From Candidatus Omnitrophota bacterium (GTDB lineage: Bacteria; Omnitrophota; Gorgyraeia; 2-01-FULL-45-10), in assembly GCA_041650935.1 (NCBI GenBank), contig JBAZKH010000001.1:576911-640910 (forward strand): a stretch of DNA of 64,000 bases. Direction: 5' to 3'. The translations under genes and the position numbers were made by a program. The stretch's first letter is position 1; each line of letters begins with the position of its first letter. The notes under the pieces were generated by a model. The model was not told the DNA's origin and did no database searches. It saw nothing but the letters and a program-made list of their open reading frames with translations. Positions 33,845-42,596 of this stretch are shown piece by piece.

Positions 33845-34077
33845 CAGGCTTCCATTTCTTTTTCTGTTTTGAGGGCCAGCCTGATTATCCTTACCGTCTC
33901 TTTGATGCTTGCTATAAATCCTATCGCAATAAAGATGATAGACGTAAAAGACGGCAGGGCGAACCGCTTTTCAAGGTAATCCGCCAGAAAATAACCGCCC
34001 ATCGGCCCCGCAACCATGGCGATAGGAATAAATGAGAGTAATCCACCTATTTTAATCCACTTATAGACTTTTGTCAA
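33844..34077 (-). CDS. atpZ: AtpZ/ATPase_gene1-like small membrane protein
   Basis: 77 aa, two TMs. Located before atpI. Its start overlaps the upstream hycI-like stop (ATGA). Confidence 0.5.
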   Translation of the reverse strand: MTKVYKWIKIGGLLSFIPIAMVAGPMGGYFLADYLEKRFALPSFTSIIFIAIGFIASIKETVRIIRLALKTEKEMEA

Positions 34078-34610
34078 TTGCGCGCCCCGGCAAAACTAAT
34101 CCTTTTTGCCCGTTGCCCATTGCCGACCGCTTTGGCTATTACAGCCGCTACTTCCCTGGATGAGTTCATTACGAGCCTGGACGGCGGCTTACCCAGGTCG
34201 ACCGATGCGGGTTGTATACCTATAAGGAACGGGTCACATTCGAACGAGTTTGAGAAATATTGCATCAATACCCTCGACGGCATTTTATGTGTGGAGAACG
34301 ATACGCCGTCGCCGATGTCGCGCGGGCTCAAGACTATTATCGAGCCGGGTTTCTCGCCAAACTCGACGCTGTCGACCAGGATTATATGGGACGGTGTGAA
34401 TCTTTTAATATCACCGGTAAGGTTTTCCGGGGCGGTTGCGCCTATGAATATTTTAAAGTTGCGGGCAGGTTTTTTTAATAGTCTCTTTACCTCTTCGGCC
34501 ACAAGTAGACCTGCCGCATCGTCCGATCTTAAGTCAGAGCCTATGGCAAGCAACGCCACCTTCTTAGCGTTTTTGAGCCTATCCTTTAGAAACTTCTCCA
34601 GTTTCGGCAC
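34074..34610 (-). CDS. Hydrogenase maturation endopeptidase (HycI/HyaD-like)
   Basis: 178 aa. ALLAIGSDLRSDDAAGLLVAE follows the xLGxGNxLxxDDGxG pattern of [NiFe] hydrogenase C-terminal processing proteases. The conserved H in STHKMP and acidic metal ligands are present. Confidence 0.7.
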   Translation of the reverse strand: MPKLEKFLKDRLKNAKKVALLAIGSDLRSDDAAGLLVAEEVKRLLKKPARNFKIFIGATAPENLTGDIKRFTPSHIILVDSVEFGEKPGSIIVLSPRDIGDGVSFSTHKMPSRVLMQYFSNSFECDPFLIGIQPASVDLGKPPSRLVMNSSREVAAVIAKAVGNGQRAKRISFAGARN

Positions 34611-34667
34611 GATGGAACCTCACGAATTATGCGTCAGGTGTGAAATCCGCCGAAGCCCTCCGTTATC

Positions 34668-35033
34668 TCAGTCAGTTGGCGTAGGCGGATAGGTCACCTT
34701 TAATTTATTTCTTTCCAGGGCGGCAAGCTCGAATTCTTTAGTCGCTTCTAGGGCCTTCTTCAGGCATGAGTCGACGCACTGGGCGCAATATATGCATTTA
34801 CCGAGGTCTATCTCACATTCAAATTTTTTGTCGCCGACTTTACGGATCTCTATGGCGCCCGACGGGCAATCCTTCATGCAGAGTTTACAGCCGATGCATC
34901 GTTCGGGATGGAACGCTATCCTTCCTCTGAAGTTGGCCGGCATCTGGGTTTTTTCGAATGGGTACTTCGTAGTAGCGGGTTTTTTAAATACGGATTCCAG
35001 GACCTGTTTTAACATCTTGCCGGGCCTTATCAT
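34668..35033 (-). CDS. 2x[4Fe-4S] ferredoxin subunit of membrane-bound hydrogenase (NuoI/EchF/MbhN-like)
   Basis: Two CxxCxxCxxxCP motifs (CIGCKLCMKDCP, CIYCAQCVDSC). ATGA overlap with the NuoH-like gene at 35030-35033. Confidence 0.8.
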   Translation of the reverse strand: MIRPGKMLKQVLESVFKKPATTKYPFEKTQMPANFRGRIAFHPERCIGCKLCMKDCPSGAIEIRKVGDKKFECEIDLGKCIYCAQCVDSCLKKALEATKEFELAALERNKLKVTYPPTPTD

Positions 35034-35968
35034 CGGACGATAAATCCTTTCAATATAAGGTCTATGAAGAGCTGTATGAACGCGAGCGGAGCAAGACATT
35101 TCCAACAAAAGCAGATCATCTGGTCTATACGCAGCCGGGCGAATATCGTTCTTAAGATAGAGAGGGTGCAGACTATGGCCAGCACCTTTAGGACAAACAG
35201 CAGGAATCCGGCCGCCGGACCAAGTCCGAGGCCAAATGGCAGATATACGGCAGATAAGAGCGCCGCGCCGACTATCGCCTCGATATCTATCCCCAGCCTG
35301 AAGAGCGCCAGGAGCCTTCCGCTATACTCGGTGAAGGTCCCGGCTACTATCTCTGTCTCCGCTTCCGGTATGTCGAACGGCACCTTCTCGAGTTTACCCA
35401 GCAGCGCTATCATGGAGATCGCGAAACCAAGGATATTGAATAACCAGAAAAATGGATGGACGGAATAGAATAATGACATTTCGCTTAAAGACCACGTGTC
35501 CGCAAGGAGCGCCGGGGCCAGTATGCTCATCAGGAGCGGGACTTCATACGCGAAGAGCTGTGTCAGCGCCCTTACCGCGCCGATCCTGGAGTAGAGCGAA
35601 GTCGAATACCAGCCGCCCAGGAAGAATGTCAGCGTCGGTATCGTCAATAGGTATAGGACGACGATCAGGTCGCCGCTAAAGGCATATATCGGGTTTACGC
35701 TCCACAACGGTATGTAGAAGATCGCCGTGATAGCGGCCGTTATGGCCAGGACCGGCATCAGTTTGAACATTGACGGGTTAGCTTCCTCAGGTATTATATC
35801 TTCCTTGGCTGAAAGTTTTATGAAGTCCGCGAGCGGCTGGAACCACGGAGGCCCTACTCTGTTCTGCAGCCTTGCGCAGAGTTTCCTGTCGACGAATTGA
35901 GCGGCCAGGCCAAATGCGCTTAGGAATAAAAACCCGGGGAATACCAGGATGTAAAATATGCTCATCAT
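35030..35968 (-). CDS. NuoH/EchB/MbhM-like membrane subunit
   Basis: 312 aa, polytopic. Complex-I subunit-1 signature region ARLQNRVGPPWFQPLADFIKL. Confidence 0.85.
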   Translation of the reverse strand: MMSIFYILVFPGFLFLSAFGLAAQFVDRKLCARLQNRVGPPWFQPLADFIKLSAKEDIIPEEANPSMFKLMPVLAITAAITAIFYIPLWSVNPIYAFSGDLIVVLYLLTIPTLTFFLGGWYSTSLYSRIGAVRALTQLFAYEVPLLMSILAPALLADTWSLSEMSLFYSVHPFFWLFNILGFAISMIALLGKLEKVPFDIPEAETEIVAGTFTEYSGRLLALFRLGIDIEAIVGAALLSAVYLPFGLGLGPAAGFLLFVLKVLAIVCTLSILRTIFARLRIDQMICFCWKCLAPLAFIQLFIDLILKGFIVR

Positions 35969-37191
35969 TATTTTAAGGCTTTCATCATCTTCTTGTTGAG
36001 ATCCGTAAAATCGATCCCATGCTCCCGGTAATATTGGATGCTATACGAATGGAGCTCTTCCCATTTCAAGACATCCTTCTTTCTCTTTCCAGCGCGCCTT
36101 ACTCCGGTCAGCCGGTCGGTGCAGGAGAAGCAAGGGTCGATCGCGGCGATCACTATCGGCAGGTCCGCAAGCTGCCTGTCCTCCAGCATCCGCGCAACGG
36201 TCTGTATATTGGCCAATGTCGGCGCGCGTACCTTTACCCTCTCGGGCTTCTCGGTTCCATCGGACTTTACGTAGTGCATGTCTTCGCCTCGCGGCGCTTC
36301 ATACCGGGAGACGGCCTCTCCGGCGGGTATCTTTCGCGGCACCTTTACAACGATAGGCCCTTCGGGCATATTCTTTATTATCTGACGGACGATGCTGTAC
36401 GATTCCAAAAGCTCGCCCGCGCGGACGAGCGTACGGCCATAGACATCGTTATGGTTGTCGGTGACGACCTTGAACTTAACGTCAGCGTATGCGGCATAGG
36501 GATCGTCTCTCCTGACGTCTCTGTCTACACCGGATGCCCTGGCGGTCGGACCAACTGCTCCCAGCTTCACGGCGTCTTTATTCGACAGGACCCCTACTCC
36601 CGAAAGTCTTTGGATGAGGGTCGTCTCTTTAGTGGCTATCTGGATATAATATTTTGTGCGTTCCTCGAGCGTGTCCATAGCTTTCAGTATCTCTTTGGCC
36701 TGCTCGGCCGTTACATTGCGCCTGACGCCGCCGATCGTATTGATGCCGTAATTTACGCGGTTTCCTGTAAGCATCGCGAGGATGTCCATAACGACTTCAC
36801 GGTCGCGCCACGTATACATAAGAAGCGTATCGAATCCCACCTCGTGCCCGGCTACGCCGAGCCACAGGAGGTGGCTGTGTATCCTCTCCAATTCTCCGAC
36901 GAGCGTCCTGATGTATAGAGCGCGTTTCGGTATTGGAGCGCCGGCGATCTCCTCAACTGCCTGCACAAAACATGTAGAATGTGAATGCGAGCATATGCCG
37001 CAGATGCGTTCGGTTAAATAGACATCCTGTATGTATGTTCTCTCTTCGCAGGCCTTCTCGATGCCTCGGTGATTATAGCCGAGCCGCGCGGAGAACTTCA
37101 TTATCCTCTCTCCGCTTAATGTCACGCTAAAGCTCTCGGGCTCTTTTAAAGCCGGGTGCTGAGGTCCTATGGGTATCACTACTTTATGCAT
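35968..37191 (-). CDS. [NiFe] hydrogenase large subunit, group 4 (NuoD/EchE/MbhL/HycE-like), with a C-terminal propeptide
   Basis: N-terminal Ni-binding L1 RICGICSHSH. C-terminal L2 DPCFSCTDR, followed by a roughly 47-aa extension. Confidence 0.85.
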   Translation of the reverse strand: MHKVVIPIGPQHPALKEPESFSVTLSGERIMKFSARLGYNHRGIEKACEERTYIQDVYLTERICGICSHSHSTCFVQAVEEIAGAPIPKRALYIRTLVGELERIHSHLLWLGVAGHEVGFDTLLMYTWRDREVVMDILAMLTGNRVNYGINTIGGVRRNVTAEQAKEILKAMDTLEERTKYYIQIATKETTLIQRLSGVGVLSNKDAVKLGAVGPTARASGVDRDVRRDDPYAAYADVKFKVVTDNHNDVYGRTLVRAGELLESYSIVRQIIKNMPEGPIVVKVPRKIPAGEAVSRYEAPRGEDMHYVKSDGTEKPERVKVRAPTLANIQTVARMLEDRQLADLPIVIAAIDPCFSCTDRLTGVRRAGKRKKDVLKWEELHSYSIQYYREHGIDFTDLNKKMMKALK

Positions 37192-37660
37192 TGGTCTTAA
37201 CCTCGTCTTTCTCGGGCTCTTTTTTCCAATCTTTTCGCAAAGGATATTCGCCCGGCGGCCAGTCATCCGATAGAGGATATCGCTTCCCTTCGGGAAGGCC
37301 CTGGACCTTTGCCCCTAAAAGATCCATCAATTCTCTTTCGTAAATATCGGCGGCAGGAAAATACCCCGTTATAGTCTTTATGACCGGGTTCACCCTGTCC
37401 GCCTTTACCTTTATATTTAACATGATACCATCTTCCCTGCCGACGTGATATATAAATCCCAGCGCTGCGCCTTCATCAAGGCCCGTTATGGTCGAAAGTA
37501 TCACAAAGCCAAGCTTCTGCACGGCATATTCGAATATATCTTTAAAAGAATCCAAGGGCACCTCGGCAAATATGCGCCGCGGCCTCTGGATCCTCGTCCG
37601 ACCTTCAAGAAATCCGAATTTTTTGATCAGTTCGCTCTGGATCGATTCTTCTTTGGTCAC
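37184..37660 (-). CDS. NuoC/EchD/MbhK-like 30-kDa subunit
   Basis: Start placed at GTG 37660, in a GTGA overlap with the NuoB-like stop. The track ATG at 37741 would overlap the upstream gene by 85 nt. Conserved ...FGFL...DL.G...EGHPxLRRL-like region IYERELMDLLG. Confidence 0.7.
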   Translation of the reverse strand: MTKEESIQSELIKKFGFLEGRTRIQRPRRIFAEVPLDSFKDIFEYAVQKLGFVILSTITGLDEGAALGFIYHVGREDGIMLNIKVKADRVNPVIKTITGYFPAADIYERELMDLLGAKVQGLPEGKRYPLSDDWPPGEYPLRKDWKKEPEKDEVKTNA

Positions 37661-38106
37661 TTTTTCTTCTCTTCCTTGTTCTCGAGGCTCGTCAGCAGTT
37701 TTACCACCCCGTCGATTATCGCCTTGGGGCTTGCCGGACATCCGGGGATATATGCCGAAACCGGTATAACCTTGTCGATCCCGGATTCTACGCTGTAACA
37801 GCCGTCAAATACCCCGCCCGAACATGCGCACGTCCCGACCACGACGACAAATTTCGGCGCCGGCATCTGATCGTAGATCCTTTTAAGCCTGTCTTTTATC
37901 TGGCGTGTCACGGGGCCGGAACAGACCAATACGTCGGCGTGTCTCGGCGTGCCTTTAAGTTGTACGCCGAAACGCTCCAGGTCATAGCGCGGAGTGAGCG
38001 CCGCTATTATCTCGATATCGCAGGCGTTGCACGCGCCGGTATTGAAATGGAGTATCCACGGCGATTTTATCCTGGACCATGTGACGATCTTTTGGACCAA
38101 TCCCAT
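37657..38106 (-). CDS. NuoB/EchC/MbhJ-like [NiFe] hydrogenase small subunit
   Basis: 149 aa. Cys ligands in GACNACDIE, GTCACSGG and IPGCPASP. Nuo 20-kDa fold. Confidence 0.85.
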   Translation of the reverse strand: MGLVQKIVTWSRIKSPWILHFNTGACNACDIEIIAALTPRYDLERFGVQLKGTPRHADVLVCSGPVTRQIKDRLKRIYDQMPAPKFVVVVGTCACSGGVFDGCYSVESGIDKVIPVSAYIPGCPASPKAIIDGVVKLLTSLENKEEKKK

Positions 38107-38112
38107 CTGCGG

Positions 38113-38451
38113 TTATCTCCTGAAAAGTATGACGAGCCCCGTTATGGCGGCCGTTATATATATCACGGCTATCACGAACGACCCGACGGTTACAAGCGGC
38201 ACGGTCGCGATAGTCAAAGTAAATACGTGGAGGAGCGTAAAGAAGAAAGCGAAAGGAAAGAACTGGCTGTAGTCGGGCTGCACCATATTCACCGGCGGCT
38301 CTTCCCCGCACGCATATGATTTCTCCGCCCCTTCCCCATGCGTTTTACTCTTATACGATAAAGCCGATAACAATTTTAAAAAGATAAGCATGCCGGCGAG
38401 CGTTATCACAAAAGCTGCCGGCGGTGTCAATAAGATATCGTTTAGAGTCAC
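38113..38451 (-). CDS. NuoA-like three-TM membrane subunit
   Basis: 112 aa. KSYACGEEP resembles the NuoA K..YECG loop motif, followed by an FF..A..F..L helix. Confidence 0.45.
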   Translation of the reverse strand: MTLNDILLTPPAAFVITLAGMLIFLKLLSALSYKSKTHGEGAEKSYACGEEPPVNMVQPDYSQFFPFAFFFTLLHVFTLTIATVPLVTVGSFVIAVIYITAAITGLVILFRR

Positions 38452-38456
38452 TTTAG

Positions 38457-38777
38457 TTAACCTTTCAAATTCTTAAGGTTCCTTACATCGAGAGAATCGG
38501 TGTGTCTGAAGACAGACAGCGCAATGCCTGCGGCCGTGGCCGCGACTACGACTTCTATAATGATGATAGTTATGACCAGGCTCTGGGCCAGCGCGGCGCG
38601 CCCGGTTATATCGCCGACCACGATGATGAGAAGCGTGACGGCCTTTACCAATAACTCGATGCCTATTATGGCGCGGATCATGCTGCGGGTTACGACGAGG
38701 CAATATGCGCCGCAGACAAATAACAGTATGATGAAAAATCCGAACGTGCTAAAGGTCTGCCAATTACCGCTTATCAT
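38457..38777 (-). CDS. NuoK/MrpC/MbhG-like membrane subunit
   Basis: About 107 aa from the internal Met. Three TMs. Conserved Glu in IIIIEVVVAATAAG. Confidence 0.55.
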   Translation of the reverse strand: MISGNWQTFSTFGFFIILLFVCGAYCLVVTRSMIRAIIGIELLVKAVTLLIIVVGDITGRAALAQSLVITIIIIEVVVAATAAGIALSVFRHTDSLDVRNLKNLKG

Positions 38778-39267
38778 TCTTCGTCTCCTCGAATAGCATA
38801 ACCACTCCAAGCGCGCCTGCGATCAGGATCATTACCTGGCCAAGGAGGTCCAGCCTCCTTAAGTCCCACAGCATCGTCCGGACATCGATCGCCGATTCCA
38901 GGGGTTTGGCCATCGCAGGGCCCTGCCCTGCCTTCATACAAACAAGCCCGGCGCCGATAACGACCAGGATGACGGGCAGATACCAGTACCGTTTCATCCT
39001 GTCTTTAGATGCCTGGAGTATCTGGTTATGCGTCAGCGGTTTCGTAAGGCTTATGGTGCTGACAAAGATCGCCGTTATGAGGCCTGCGCAGACGGAGAGT
39101 TCAAAGACCGCGGCAAGCGGTGAATTGAGCCTGAAAATTATTACTGCTATAAGGGCGCTTGTCACGGCTAGCCCTATAGTCGCCTTCAAAAGGCTCCTGG
39201 CCATGACTGTCCATAGCGCCGCTACGGTTGTGAGTATCAAGAGCGCGATATTCATGTCCATATTCAT
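38764..39267 (-). CDS. MnhB/MrpB-like membrane subunit
   Basis: 167 aa, four TMs, glycine-zipper helices. Its position between the antiporter-like and NuoK-like genes is typical of Mrp/Mbh modules. Confidence 0.5.
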   Translation of the reverse strand: MNMDMNIALLILTTVAALWTVMARSLLKATIGLAVTSALIAVIIFRLNSPLAAVFELSVCAGLITAIFVSTISLTKPLTHNQILQASKDRMKRYWYLPVILVVIGAGLVCMKAGQGPAMAKPLESAIDVRTMLWDLRRLDLLGQVMILIAGALGVVMLFEETKNDKR

Positions 39268-39269
39268 AA

Positions 39270-40709
39270 TTACCTTATCAGTATCTCTTTTACGGGCGAT
39301 ATGAGCGTGGTATATACAAACGGAAAGAATACTCCAACGCCTGCGATGATTGCGGCCAGGATTATCGATACGCCTATAACGCCTTTATCCGCATCTTTTA
39401 TATTTTCTAATCCAACTTTAAGCTTACCGAAGAATACGCGGCGCTGCATCGATAAGAAATACGCAAGGGTGATCACGCTTGCAATGACGGCCAGCGCCGC
39501 ATATGTATATTGACCCGCCTGCCAGAGCGCTATGACGATTATCAATTTCGACCAGAAACCGGAGAGCGGAGGAATGCCGCACGTCGATAGAAAAGCTATG
39601 ACCGAAGTGGTTCCTGTGACCGGCATCCGCTGTGAAATGCCGCCCATCTTGTTCATGTTACAGGTGCCCGTTTCCTTCTCCACAACGGCTGAATTTACGA
39701 AGAGGAGCGATTTGAAGACCGAATGGTTAAAGAGATGGAAGACCGCCCCCGCGATGCCTAATCCCGTTCCTGCGCCGAGCCCGAGTATTATATATCCTAT
39801 CTGGCTTATGCTGGAATACGCAAGCATGCGCTTAAAATTATCCTGGCCTATGGCGGCGATCGCGCCGACAAATATCGATATCGTCCCGATGAACATTAGG
39901 ATGGAATTTACGGCCTGGTCGTAAGGAAATAGAGATGTCACTATCCTGATCAGCGTGTATATGCCTGCGGCCTTAGTCACTATGCCTGCCAGGAGTATCG
40001 ACGCCGGCGCCGGCGCCGCCATATACGCGTCCGGCAGCCACCCATGAAAAGGCACGAGCCCCCCCTTTATGAATAGTCCGCAGATAAAGAGGCCGACAGC
40101 CAGGATGACGAGCGAGCTATTGCGCGAGGCTCCTATACCGGCCGCTATTGCGGAGAATGATGTACTGCCCGAGACCAGAAGCAATAAACCGATGGATGAG
40201 AGCATGAGGACCGTTGCTACCGCCGACAGGATGAGATACTTGAATGAGCCCTCGAGCGACTCGAGGCTCTTCGGATAAGCTATCAAAAGAAACGATGAAA
40301 CGGCGGTTATCTCCATGAATACATAGAGCGAAAAGATGTCCTTTACCATTATTATCCCGCTCATGCCCAGGGATGCCAATATGAGGAGGTTCGTAAATTT
40401 GAATCTGCCGGACTCTTCCGCCATCGTATATCGCGCAACGAAGAGGCTGGTGATCGAAACCATCCCGATGCAGATGAACATTATGAAGCTTAAATGATCG
40501 ACGAAAAAACTTACCCCGAAGAATGAATCTATGCGGTCCAGAGAGTTTTTCCAGAGGAATGGGTGGTGGAAGACGGCAACCACGATCTGCAGTACAAATA
40601 CCGCCAGGGCAAATAAAAACGCCCACCTCCTCATTCTGACGTTTCCGGCAAATAAGAGGTTCAGTATAATTACGCCGAATAATGGGATCAATATCATCAA
40701 TGACGGCAC
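39270..40709 (-). CDS. Antiporter-like subunit, NuoM/MrpD family
   Basis: 479 aa, 14 TMs. Motifs VPFHGWLPDAYMAAPAPASILLAGIVTKAAGIY and HSVFKSLLF. Confidence 0.8.
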   Translation of the reverse strand: MPSLMILIPLFGVIILNLLFAGNVRMRRWAFLFALAVFVLQIVVAVFHHPFLWKNSLDRIDSFFGVSFFVDHLSFIMFICIGMVSITSLFVARYTMAEESGRFKFTNLLILASLGMSGIIMVKDIFSLYVFMEITAVSSFLLIAYPKSLESLEGSFKYLILSAVATVLMLSSIGLLLLVSGSTSFSAIAAGIGASRNSSLVILAVGLFICGLFIKGGLVPFHGWLPDAYMAAPAPASILLAGIVTKAAGIYTLIRIVTSLFPYDQAVNSILMFIGTISIFVGAIAAIGQDNFKRMLAYSSISQIGYIILGLGAGTGLGIAGAVFHLFNHSVFKSLLFVNSAVVEKETGTCNMNKMGGISQRMPVTGTTSVIAFLSTCGIPPLSGFWSKLIIVIALWQAGQYTYAALAVIASVITLAYFLSMQRRVFFGKLKVGLENIKDADKGVIGVSIILAAIIAGVGVFFPFVYTTLISPVKEILIR

Positions 40710-40760
40710 TTAATATCCTCTCGTATTAGCAGCCGGCATTTAAATGCCGGCTGCGGCTTT

Positions 40761-42596
40761 TTAGATCGCGCGCATTAAAAAGATTATGACGAGCACTGCC
40801 GCGCCCAGCGACCAGAGTATATACAACGGATAACTGCCGCTATGCATCCTTCTTATCGTTAGGGCAGTTTGATCCGTTACGGTGACTATGAGGCTGTTAT
40901 ATACCCAATCTATCGCCTTATCGGCCCGGGCCGCAATACTTGAAATAAAGTTTATGATCGAGAACCCTATGTTGTAGGGGTCGAAATAACCTTCCTCCGC
41001 CCGGGAATATATCCAGCCCAATACCGGCGCATAATGTATATGGTCCACCGCGCCTATCCCCTTCCCGGTCTTCTTGACGCCATAGATGTGATTTAAGAAG
41101 GCACCCATTAAGACGGCCAGAGAAATAATGACGAGCATGGCATTTGCCGGAAAACCGGAATAATTACGCCCCGCCAGCCTCTCGGGTCCGAGTATCGGTT
41201 GTATTAGGAATTTGAGCGGCAAGGCATTGTAAACGCCGAACAATATACATGCGCCCGCAATAATTATCATCGGCGTTAGCATGGCAAGCGGAGCCTCTTT
41301 TACTTTATCGTTGCGCTTATCCAGCTTGCCCAGGAATGCCGCGTGTCCGAGCTTTAGAAATGAGGCGGCCGTAAAGAACGAACCTATGACGGCAGCCAGA
41401 TAAAAGATCCGCCCGCGTTCAAGCGCGCCGTCATACACCAGTTCCTTGGAAAAGAAACCGTTTAATGGCGGGAAGCCGGATATCGCAAGGGCCGTGATGA
41501 TGAAACATATAAAGGTAACCGGCATCTTCTTCCCGATGCCGCCGAGTTCCTCCAGGTTCGTAGTGCCCGCTTCTTTCTCTACGGCGCCGCCTGTTAAAAA
41601 CAGGCAGCTCTTATACATCGCGTTGTTGATCATGTGGAATATGCCGCCTATTATACCGGCGGGAACGAGCGTGCCGATACCCAGGACCATGTAGCCGATC
41701 TGGCTTATAGCATGGTACGAGAGGAGCTTCTTGTAATCCTTCTGAACGAGCGCCATCATGACGGCAAATATTATGGTTATGGCGCCGACCGTCATGAGCA
41801 TGTAGCTTGCCCATGAATTCAGCTCCAGCTTAAACATGTCGAGCGAGATCCTGGTTAGGAAATATATGCCGAGTATCTTTTCGAGCGCTCCGGGGAATAT
41901 GGCCATGAATGGCAGCGGCGCGTCGATCGCGGCGTCGGGTATCCAGCTATGAAAAGGCATCGCCCCGGACTTTGCTATGGCGCCTATGACGAGGAAGGTA
42001 AAGGCCAGCCCCCCAAGCCCGGCGAGACTGATCGCGGTTACGCCGAGGTTGAACGTGCAGGCAATATGGCCGTATATCGCCATGCCGACCATCATGAAGA
42101 GGTCGCTCAATCCTACGATGATAAAGGCCTTCGTGGCCGTCTTGAATGCCGTCTTGCCGCCCAGGGCGATCAGGCCAAGCTGTGTCATGAGAAGCGCTTC
42201 CCAGAAAAAGAAAATGGCCAGAAGGTTGCTTGCCAGCGCCGCGCCGTTCAAGAACGACAGCGATGCCAGGAAAAATATATAAAAATATTTTGAGTAGTTC
42301 TTCTTGAACGCGAATACGCTCGTATAAAGGCTTATAAGAAAGCCAAAGACGGCGGAGGCGCCTATCGTAAATGCGCTATAGTGGTAGAGCCTTAAATTAA
42401 ATTCGAACGCGCCGAAACCCGCCCACGGCATTGAATATGAAAGATTGCTCCTGAATAAGCATATGGCGACGATGAGATTGGCCAGTGTCCCGATAAGGGT
42501 GATAGCTTCCTTTACGCCTTTCATCTTCTTTGGGATAAACAGGGCGATAACGGCTGATACGATCGGAATCAGTATAGGTAATAATATCGGGTTCAT
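40761..42596 (-). CDS. Antiporter-like subunit, NuoL/MrpA family
   Basis: 611 aa. MPFHSWIPDAAIDAPLPFMAIFPGALEKILGIY. Long C-terminal extension consistent with L-type. Confidence 0.8.
   Translation of the reverse strand: MNPILLPILIPIVSAVIALFIPKKMKGVKEAITLIGTLANLIVAICLFRSNLSYSMPWAGFGAFEFNLRLYHYSAFTIGASAVFGFLISLYTSVFAFKKNYSKYFYIFFLASLSFLNGAALASNLLAIFFFWEALLMTQLGLIALGGKTAFKTATKAFIIVGLSDLFMMVGMAIYGHIACTFNLGVTAISLAGLGGLAFTFLVIGAIAKSGAMPFHSWIPDAAIDAPLPFMAIFPGALEKILGIYFLTRISLDMFKLELNSWASYMLMTVGAITIIFAVMMALVQKDYKKLLSYHAISQIGYMVLGIGTLVPAGIIGGIFHMINNAMYKSCLFLTGGAVEKEAGTTNLEELGGIGKKMPVTFICFIITALAISGFPPLNGFFSKELVYDGALERGRIFYLAAVIGSFFTAASFLKLGHAAFLGKLDKRNDKVKEAPLAMLTPMIIIAGACILFGVYNALPLKFLIQPILGPERLAGRNYSGFPANAMLVIISLAVLMGAFLNHIYGVKKTGKGIGAVDHIHYAPVLGWIYSRAEEGYFDPYNIGFSIINFISSIAARADKAIDWVYNSLIVTVTDQTALTIRRMHSGSYPLYILWSLGAAVLVIIFLMRAI

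Noticed and set aside
36019-36918. 299-aa plus-strand ORF
   Set aside because: Antisense to the [NiFe] hydrogenase large subunit and NuoH-like genes. No recognisable domain.
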